Shown here one piece after another: positions 54,397 to 64,000 of a stretch of 64,000 nt of DNA. The DNA is taken from positions 182,965 through 246,964 of the forward strand of contig NW_003526945.1 of the NCBI RefSeq assembly GCF_000181795.1, given 5' to 3'. Position 1 is the stretch's first letter. Each line of letters opens with the position of its first letter. Below the pieces are notes generated by a model. That model searched no databases and was not told the origin of the DNA. It saw nothing but the letters and a program-made list of their open reading frames with translations. This DNA comes from Trichinella spiralis. Lineage: Eukaryota. The position numbers and the translations under genes are program-made.

Positions 54397-57300
54397 AACT
54401 AAAGGATTGCATAAAAAAATTAAAAATGATTTTCTAAATGCAGAGCATAAATCAAAGGCTATTTTGAGTTGCCTAGTGTTGCAGATGTTGCAAAGTTTAG
54501 CACCTCACTGGAACTCGTGGAAAACAGCATGAGCATATAAAGTGAGATTCCTCAGAATCAACTGATGAATTATTTTCAGCAAACGCTTGTGAAAATAAAG
54601 CATAAGAAAACTGTTGACAGAAATGATTTATTATGATGTAGATATAAATGTATATGAATATGTCATGAAATAGATGAAATTTCCAAAAAGTCTGGATAAA
54701 TAGCGTGATAAAATGATAGAAGCGGAAACGCTTCAATAAAGAATATCAGATTTAGTGTCGTTTCCCGTTGGAGAGACAATTTAGCTTTATTGCTCAGAAA
54801 GCAAGGAAGTTTTAAGGAAAAAGTTTGCTAGGCCCTGTAAACCTGGCCAAAATAAGCATATTCATCAGGTGTGTCACACTATAGATATCAGCGTATCCTT
54901 TTTCCCATATTGATTTTACTTATTTTTATAGTTCTGTGTGATCATCTATAAAGTTTTACGTGTTGTTTAACTTGTTACTGTTATACTCTTTTTCTTGTGA
55001 TACTGGTAAATTTTTTGCATTTCATATTATTTACTTAGTTTATATATAATTTAAAATCGTAAATTATGCAAAATTATATTTATTAGCCTAACGTGTATTC
55101 TCAAAGTTAAAGTTCAAAAAATTAATTTGTTCTAGTTTTGCACTAAATTACATTTTAATTTAATATATTTGAAACATTTGTTCTAAATAATTTTAATTAA
55201 TTTTAATAATTTAATTTTTTTAATATTTTAATTTTAATAAATATTAATCATTTTTATTACCTTTATTTTAGCCACTTGCAATGATATTTGAGTGAACAAT
55301 ATGTCACATTCTTGTCTATATGTGCTTTTCATAATTGAAACAAAACAGGAAAGGAAAAACAATGATAGGGAATTAAAAAACAAATTATGACTATGTAAAT
55401 TATGTTTATCAGTGAAAATTCATCTAACATGAGCTATACGACTAGCATCCCTTTTAGCGCAGCCAGCTGAGCGTTGTTTCGCTATAATGCCGTTTCTAAC
55501 TGGCCTTACTCGTGAATCATTTTTGTTCACTCAACCGCAACTTGCATGTCACGTGATTTATATGTGCTTGTTTATCAGTAGCTTCCACGTCACTTGAAAC
55601 TACACTTATTACTTTGATTGGAAGCTAGTTAGCGCCAAGTAATACCCCGCTCATTGCTCATGATATGATCCTGAACAAAAGCGCTAAGCAAAACATCATT
55701 AAACGGGGTGATTATCCAGAGAAATGCTTTTCCTTTGTATTTTGTGAGAAAACACTTTTAACTTTTTAATAACTCAAAGTACAACATGGTTTAGCAGTGG
55801 TACAGAGATTACAAAAAGGAGAGTTTTGAATTTAATACAATTTGATATGGAGGATTTAAAATCAGTAATAAACATTTTTTAGATTATTTGACGATCATTA
55901 CATCCAGTGCGGCTGATAAAAAGTAATAAGGAAGAATTAGAAAAAAGCAAAATACAGCCATCACCAATGCAAGCATGTCATTTCCAATGATGACAATTAA
56001 TGCATGTAAAATTATAAATTTAAATCACTACAGATTATAAATTGTAAATGCTTATTTAAATTACGGCGAACAAGTTTGGGAGTACGTATATGCTAAAGAA
56101 CTTCAGTTCATCGACTCGGCTATCTATGCCTGCCTACTATTGTGTTTCGCCATTTGTGTTGACAATTCTAACAGTTAAATAGCTCATTCTGGAGATGGGC
56201 CTCAACAACAATCATCTACTGATTAATCTGAATTAGGTGCATATTACACTACATTACTTTTATTTGCCATTTAAAATTTTATAATGCATAAAATCAAAAT
56301 TACACTTTTTAATGTAATTAATATTTATGCTAAAATGTATGTCATCTATTTTTAATCTATAAGAGTAATGATGAAAATAACATTAAGTTTAATTTGATAT
56401 AAGCATAACTTAATATGAATGATATAATTCATCATAAACAATATAACTCACTATATGAAAAAATTTTAGTAAAATTACTAAAAATTTTATTGAGAACATG
56501 TGAAACATGCGTGAATTTTATAAGCGCTAGTTAGCACAGATTAATGGAATAATATTGATACTAGCAAAATTTAAAATCATTTCAGGTGAAAAAAATTAGG
56601 TTATCTTGTTAAAAAATAAAAGTAAACAAAACTTTAAAAAAATTATTTCACAAATAATATGAAGCTACAAGAAACAAAGCAATAACGGAAAGATAATCAT
56701 CGGCAATGCAATGAGCAAGTAAAATCACCAGTTGCGCAAAGCAACAGAAATTGAAGTATTAACTGCCATTAAACTGGTGACATAAGTACTGTAGTATTAG
56801 TCACATGGATGTCATTTGACAGATCAGAGCACAACAAACGTTGATACAATACCGTAACATGCATAAGCGCTTTTATACGCACCAATCAATTAATTTTGAA
56901 ATAAATTTTTCAAATTTATTATATCAGTTTTAAAATTCAACCACAATGCAGATAAAATATCTTTTTACGCTTCTGCTGTAAGCATAAATATGATTGTAAT
57001 AATAATAACAATATTATAATTATAATAATAATAATAATTATTATTATTAATGCAATGTCAAGAATTTTAGATTTTTTTAAATAAAATAATAATAGCATCC
57101 AACCACTTCTATAGCGATTTTTGGCAAAATCTGTTTTCAGATATTACTTGAAAATCATTTCGATGGTAGTTGTTACAGTTACATCTTTGTTGTTTTTATT
57201 GTTCTTTGTTGCATGTCATGTAATTGAGAAAATAATGTATTTAATATGAGTTTTCAGTTAGGGCTTTGCATTTCTAATAGCAGTAAGCTGTTGATCCTTT

Positions 57301-57511
57301 TTATAAGTACTTTACGCCTGTTATCTCTTCTACTTTTGACAGTTTTAATCAATTAAAGTAAGCTTTTTAGGATGTAAGTTATAATGTTTTTTTAGCCGTT
57401 TCGAATTGTTCCTTGAGTTTATTTAATTCAGTGACTAATTTTTATTTTAATGAAATTTTTAAAGAAGTACTATAGACTGTCATATTTACTTATAAAGATT
57501 CCATACAAAGA

Positions 57512-58454
57512 ATGGCTAGAGAAGGAAGTGATATATATACGGCGGAATGCATCATGAATGAACGAAAGAGAAAGGTATGTATGTATATTTGTTGTGCATT
57601 AATTAGGAAGTTTTATTTGTAGTTAAAGTAATTTTTATTGTCTTCAGTTAATAGAAAGTTGAAGAGGTTGATGTCACTGTTAACATTGTTAAAGTAATTT
57701 TTAAAGACATCAATATCTTTTTTTTCGAATTATGCTTTGCTTATTATGATGTTTTTAAATGTACAGTTTTACTTAAAATTAAAGTATGTTGTGACCACCT
57801 TAGATTATCAGTTGCTTCTATCTATGTAATAAAAAAAGCAGTGAATTTTAAGGGAAAAAAAGAGTATTTGGTGCGATGGGAAGGCTATTCTGAAAAGTGA
57901 GTTCACTTTCATAATTATGGTTTTTCCAGTTGAAATTAAATTAAAATTTAAGATATGACACCTGGGAACCGGCAAGCCACATATTAGGATATGAATTACT
58001 GCAAGAATATAATGAGGCGAAAAAGAATGGTTTTAAAAATGCGTTTGAATATAATAAGCACAAGGAAAATCAGTTGGGCAAATCAGCTGCAAAGAAAAGT
58101 AAGAAGGAATCGAATGCACCGCAAACGAAAAATGCAGGAGAACAAGTTCGTCGAAAGGACAAAAGTGGCGGTGGGAAACAGAAAAGTGAATTAAATGCTT
58201 CTGGTGATGACAAGAAAGAAGACGCTTCGGTTGTAAATCAAGAAGCAGAAGGCAAAGAAGAATCTGAAGCGGCAAAAAAGTTTTGTGAGTGGATTAAACA
58301 ACTGCCATTGTCAATGAATTCAGGCCCATCACCTGGCTTATACAGTCGAAGTAATTTGACAATCGGTGAATTTGAAGAGAAACTGGAACGATTTCTGCAG
58401 TTGCTCCGAGACCGAAAAAAGACCTCGTTATTGCATAAACCGAATAAGAATTAG
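57512..58454 (+). CDS. Small chromodomain protein (Polycomb/CBX-like chromodomain plus K-rich linker), 3 exons, 202 aa
   Basis: Exons 57512-57574, 57853-57896 and 57953-58454 are phase-consistent. They give ..IYTAECIMNERKRKGKKEYLVRWEGYSEKYDTWEPASHILGYELLQEY. The aromatic cage residues (Y, W, Y) are present. Confidence 0.88.
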
Positions 58455-59420
58455 GTTTTTTCAATTATGTTTAAACAGTTTCGACTATAACTACTCGCTT
58501 ACGAATCATTTACAATTAGTAAGAAAAATATGCTGATGGTATAATATAGTAGTTATTTATTTTCACTAGTTTTGTTATTTTTGTTATTTTATTTTTTTTA
58601 GTTTTGTTATTTTTTAAGTTATTTCGTTATATTATTCTACTGCGTGTTTACTATTATATACTGTTGTTCAATGTTGATGTGAGCGAGCTGAGATGATATC
58701 GCATCAGTCACACTATAATGCTGCTTTTCTTTCATTGGGTGATGGTTCTCGTAAAATAAATTCAGCTATTATTTCTCTGTGCATGTTATCAATTTTGTTA
58801 TGTAATAAAAATCTTTTTTCAATGATTTGTTTTATATTTGTGAAACTTTCCGCTTGTATTGACAGAGTGACGGTTGTTGTCGCTGTAAATGTTCAATATT
58901 TGTAATAGAGTATGAGTTTTTCAAATTTAAGAAATTTACAATTCTTAGGTGAATTTATAATATCGTAATAATGTCGGACAAAATTTAAAGAAAACCAGTA
59001 ATGTGCATTACATAACTTTGCACACAATAATGGAATTTTGAATCATAAGTTGAAAGCAATAAAAGATAAATTTATCTTAAAATACAGTAAGATGAGATAC
59101 AGTATACTAAAATAAAGTTCTATTTAGGTTTGCATCTAGATAACCTATATTTGAAAAATTGACAATTAATATTAGCAGCAATCACTTAACAGCATATTGA
59201 AGTTATTTTTGATACAATATGTGCAATTTTGAAACATAATTGATTCTATACCAAAATTATTGTACGTTATTGTGTAATTACTCAAATGCTGGAGATCAGT
59301 TGATTCACAGAATGAATAAGCAATTCAGTTGATTAGTTCTCATTGCTGGCTTTGCCTTTAAATCCGCGCAGTTCTTCGTTCGTTAATATACTGTCTGATT
59401 TTCGTCAGTGTAGCGTTTCA

Positions 59421-59454
<34 letters not shown>

Positions 59455-60439
59455 TGCTCTGCGCATTCTCTACGTTGTTAGTTAACTGCTGTGAATTGTC
59501 GCGCACGATTATATCTGCAATCTTCTTTTCTAGTTTCAAAAACTGTTCTTTTAAATATACATAAAGAATAATGTAACTTTTTATATCAACGGTTAAACAA
59601 GACCAATGTTACATTTCCTTCGTACTCTTGCAAATTCTGCATTTACATTTTCTATTGTCCTCAACATCACTTGTTTTATATTTACACTGAACATGATACG
59701 TTCACTATTTTTGTTCAGTTTTATTACAATGCAAAGAATAATACAAAAGCCCTCCTGACTTCCTGTGTCAAGCGTCAATCATCTTCCACAGATTGTTGAT
59801 TTCTGTTTGTTCATATGCATGAACAGGATGAACAAGATGAACCTCAACAATGAGAGTTCAGCGGAGGTGAGTGAGCTTAAAATAGATTTCATTTTTCAAT
59901 TTTTCACTTTCATCAGTTTTGTTTAACATTTACATTGAGAATGTGTTGTTTATAAATTTGTTCTTTGAGATCTATTTTTCATCTCGATATATAGTTATTT
60001 CTTTCTTCTTAGTATTTATATTATTACTTTTTGTATTTTATTTGCAGGCTTCCAATTTTTTATTTTTATTTATTAAAGTTATTTTTCTCATCAATTTATT
60101 TTTTTAAATTGTTTTTCTACTTTAAATTTGTTTATTGTTTGTTCTGTTTTTGAAATTTGAAGTCTGATAAAACCATCATCTCAACAAAGAAATAACAAAC
60201 GTGAAATCTGATTTGTGGACTTCCAAACGTTATAAAAACTCACTGGTATATATGTCAGTTGACGTGAGTGAACAATTTATTTTTATACATGTTGAACCTC
60301 TATATTTTTTCTCTCTAATGCATTACTTTATGTTTTATTAACTTTGTTTTCTTTTCTTCTAATTTCAAATTTTATTTTTCAAATATACTATATTTCTCAA
60401 TGCTAAATCCATTTTTCTTGTTCCATTTCTAAAATGTGT

Positions 60440-63400
60440 TTCATAATTTTCTCCAAAATTGCAAAAATGCATGGACTATAGAATTGGTTGTTTTTGCCAA
60501 AATCGGCGAAAAAGGTTTTTCCAATATTCATATATATTTTTTTGGTTGAAAAATTGGATGATTCCGTTGAAAAAACTTATGAAATCTTACCATAATCCCA
60601 TTTTGTTAACGTTCCTTTTTAATTCCTTTCTGCTTCGACGTCTTTAAAATACTATGTAAGTTTTCAATTATTGCGTTTATCTCAAAAAATACGCACTTAC
60701 CAGGGGTCCCGATACATTCAAAGTAGAAAGCAAATAATTTTCAAAAGATATAAATCAATTGCTTTCATTTTTGGATTAAAAATTTTTCTCCAAAATTGCA
60801 AAATTTCATGGACTATACACTTGGTTGTTTCTGCAAAAATCATCGAAAAGGGTTTTCTGAATATTTGGACTTTTTTTCATTTTTGTAATTTTTCATTGAG
60901 GAAAGTAAGTATTCACGGGAGTTTAACCTTAAACTGCCCAGTAGTTTTTGAATAAATGGTTTCTAAAGTTTCTTTTTTCTAAACTTCTGCCCATTTTAAC
61001 ACATAGGGATGTCGCCAATCAGCAACTGTTCTCCAACCGCCGGAATGACTGACAATTTCTGCAAATGAAACATTTTAGACATCAAATCTATTAGATTTAT
61101 CCACATGTATATTTTTTTGATTGAATTAAATTCAATTTTAGAGCTGTTAAATAATCATTAATTGCTGCGAATCAAAACGAAAGTGTTTTAAGTGTTTACC
61201 TTGACAAAAAGTAAACATTTCCTTGCACCCAATCCCGTTTACCATCTTTGTCATTGATTAAACTCCTAATATATCCAACATGAGTGGCTATTTGAATTTA
61301 CTTTTGCTTACTAACAACGACGCAATAACGATTTGCATAATCAGTATAATATGTGGTCGCCCAGAGTTGAAATTCATTACAATTGATATGAAATTAAATA
61401 AATTCAAAATTTATGTCAAATTATTGAACTCATGCATGGTATTTGTTCGAATCTTTAGAGAAATTTACCAATATGGACAGTGGAAATTAATCTGCGCATA
61501 TCAGAAACTACGGCGTATTGCAAAATAGTTTTGGGTTAAGAGCAAGCAGTTTTGTGCCAGTTGAAGGTATGTAAATTGGGAATAACCCGCAATCGATGAT
61601 TTTTTGAGAAATTTCATAAAGTTGCCAGTTTGAGGATTTGGAATTTTCAGAAAAAAAAGACTGGCATATTGCACGAAAACAACATTCTAATCTGCCAATT
61701 TTGGATAGTACTTATATCTAATTTGGAATCAATTAAAAATTTCTGTCAACAGCGGTTTATAAATTTGAAAGTTTTTGTAACATTAATGAAAATCAAGAAC
61801 AATTCTTGTAAAAAAACATTTATTTTTTTGGGTAAAAAAATTGATGGTTCCGTTCAAAAAATCATTGAAACCATACCGTATTCGCATTTTGTTAACATTC
61901 CTTTTTCATTCCTTATTATTTCAACACATTTAAAACCATATACATGCCATAGTTTTTTCCGTATATCTCAACAAATACGCCATCACTAGGGGTCCATGTG
62001 CATTTATAGTAAATAGCAAATAATTTTCAAAAGGTATAAATCAATTGTCTTAATTTTAGATTAAAAAAGATTTCTCGAAAATTGCAAAATTTCACGGATT
62101 ACAGACTTGTTTGTTTTTGCAGAAAAAAGCGGAAAGGGTTTTCATAATATTTGGATTTTTTTTATTTTTATCACTTTTTGATGATGAAAGATATTGTTTT
62201 GGAGACTTTAACATTGAACATTCCAGTAGCTGTGCAATAAATGGTTTCAAAAGTTGAAGTACTTCCTATTTTAATACATACGATAGTCGCCCATTAGTAA
62301 GTGTTTTTCAACGGAACCCTAGACTTCCAGTTTCTGCACATTATACATTTCTGGCATGAAATTTGTTCGATTTTTACTAATATATATTTTTTAATATTAA
62401 TTTAGTTGAATTTCTGAAATTACTGCTGTTAAATAATCATTAGTTTGCTGCCATTCAAAACGAAAGTGTTTTAAGTGTTTACCTTGACAAAAAGTAAACA
62501 TTTCCTTGCACCCAATCCCGTTTACCATCTTTGTCATTGATTAAACTCCTAATATATCCAACATGAGTGGCTATTTGAATTTACTTTTGCTTACTAACAA
62601 CGACGCAATAACGATTTGCATAATCAGTATAATATGTGGTCGTACACAGTTGAAATTCATTACAATTGATATGAAATTAAATAAATTCAAAATTTATGTC
62701 AAATTATTGAACTCATGCATGGTATTTGTTCGAATCTTTAGAGAAATCTACCAATATGTACAGTGGAAATTAATCTGCGCATATCAAACTACGGCGTATT
62801 GCCAAATAGCTCTGGGNNNNNNNNNNNNNGCATATCAGAAATTTACCGGCGTATTGCAAAAAATAGTTTTGGTTTAAGAAGCAAGCAGTTTTTGTGCCCA
62901 GTTGAAGGTATGTAAATTTGGGAATAACCCCCAAATCGATGATTTTTTGAGAAAATTTCATAAAGTCGCCAGTTTGAGGATTTGGAATTTTCAGAAAAAA
63001 AAGACTGGCATATTGCACGAAAATAACATTCTAATCTGCCAATTTTGGATAGTACTTATATCTAATTTGGAATCAATTAAAAATTTCTGTCAACAGCGGT
63101 TTATAAATTTGAAAGTTTTTGTAACATTAATGAAAATCAAGAACAATTCTTGTAAAAAAACATTTATTTTTTTGGGTAAAAAAAATTGATGGGTGCGTTG
63201 AAAAAATTAATGAAACCATACCGTATTCCCATTTTGTTAACATTCCTTTTTCATTCCTTATTATTTCGTCGCATTTAAAACACTATTCATGTGTTAGTTT
63301 TTTGCGTATATCTCAATAAATACCCCATCACTAGGGATCCATGTCCATTTAAAGTAGACAGCAAATAATTTTAAAAAGGTATAAATCAATTGCTTTAATT

Positions 63401-64000
63401 TCTGGATTTAAAAATGTTTCTCGAAAATTGCAAAATTTCATGGACTATAGACTTGTTTGTTTTTGCGAAAATCAGAGAAAAACGTTTTCTCAATATTTGG
63501 ACTTTGTTTTTATTTTCGTATTTTTTTATTGATGAAAATTAGTATTTAAGAGACTTTAACTTTGAAATTTCCTGTACTTGTGGAATAAATGGTTTCAAAA
63601 GTTGAATTCCTTCCCATGTTAATACATACGATAGTCGCCCATTAGTAACTGTTTTTCAACGGAACCGGAGACTGCAAGTTCCTGCACATGATACATTTTT
63701 GGCATGAAATCTGTTCGATTTTCACTAATATATGTTTCTCAAGATCAATTTAGTTGAATTTCTGAAATTACTGCTGTTAAATTATCATTAATTTGCTGCC
63801 ATTCAAAACGAAAGTGTTTTAAGTGTTTACCTTGACAAAAAGTAAACATTTCATTGCATCCAATCCCGTTTACCATCTTTGTCATTGATTAAACTCCTAA
63901 TATATCCAACATGAGTGGCTATTTGAATTTACTTTTGCTTACTAACAACGACGCAATAACGATTTGCATAATCAGTATAATATGTGGTCGCCCAGAGTTG
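60440..64000. repeat. Tandem array of a ~1.3-kb AT-rich repeat unit, about 2.7 copies, running off the window end
   Basis: The landmark 'gctgttaaa.tatcatta...caaaacgaaagtgttttaagtgtttaccttgac' recurs at ~61143, ~62424 and ~63773. 'aaaattgcaaaatttca.gga.ta' recurs at ~60792, ~62078 and ~63424, with an extra diverged copy at ~60455. Confidence 0.92.

Noticed and set aside
62775..62880. Short direct repeat either side of the N-gap (gcatatca..acggcgtattgc.aaatag)
   Set aside because: Unmerged contig overlap at the 62817-62829 gap. It inflates the second repeat unit length.
61280..63189. Repeated 82-119 aa ORFs in the tandem array (MSGYLNLL..., MRIWNFQ...)
   Set aside because: AT-rich I/K/F/N-biased translations with frameshifts between copies and no domain similarity. 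Likely non-coding.
60440..64000. Possible CRISPR array, 5S rDNA or spliced-leader array
   Set aside because: No short repeat-spacer periodicity and no recognisable 5S or SL sequence. The context is eukaryotic.

Overview
This window is eukaryotic genomic DNA from a draft assembly with three N-gaps. It has AT-rich intergenic regions, many short (~55-90 nt) GT-AG introns with TTTCAG-like acceptors, and abundant microsatellites. This is consistent with a nematode, and I infer Trichinella-like, which the sequence alone does not prove. Nine protein-coding genes can be reconstructed by eye: an intronless GC-rich RalGAP-alpha (-), NAD-IDH3 alpha (+), an MTSS1/MIM I-BAR protein (-), a HINFP-like C2H2 zinc-finger protein (+), tropomodulin (-), an intronless HHAT/Rasp-type MBOAT (-), PPP4R4 (-), a motif-altered NAD(P)HX epimerase (+) and a small Polycomb/CBX-like chromodomain protein (+). 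The window also holds an internally deleted paralog of the chromodomain gene, a ~970-bp hAT/Buster DNA transposon remnant with TIRs, a TSD and an internal inverted duplication, a ~1.3-kb tandem repeat array at the right end, and a gap-flanked error-rich duplicate that is probably an assembly artefact. I found no CRISPR array, rRNA or bona fide tRNA, and no clearly novel multi-gene system. The most notable items are the chromodomain gene with its deleted copy, the NAXE with altered catalytic motifs, the self-hairpin transposon, the GC-rich intronless RalGAP with a GAP-domain insertion, and the inferred alternative exons.
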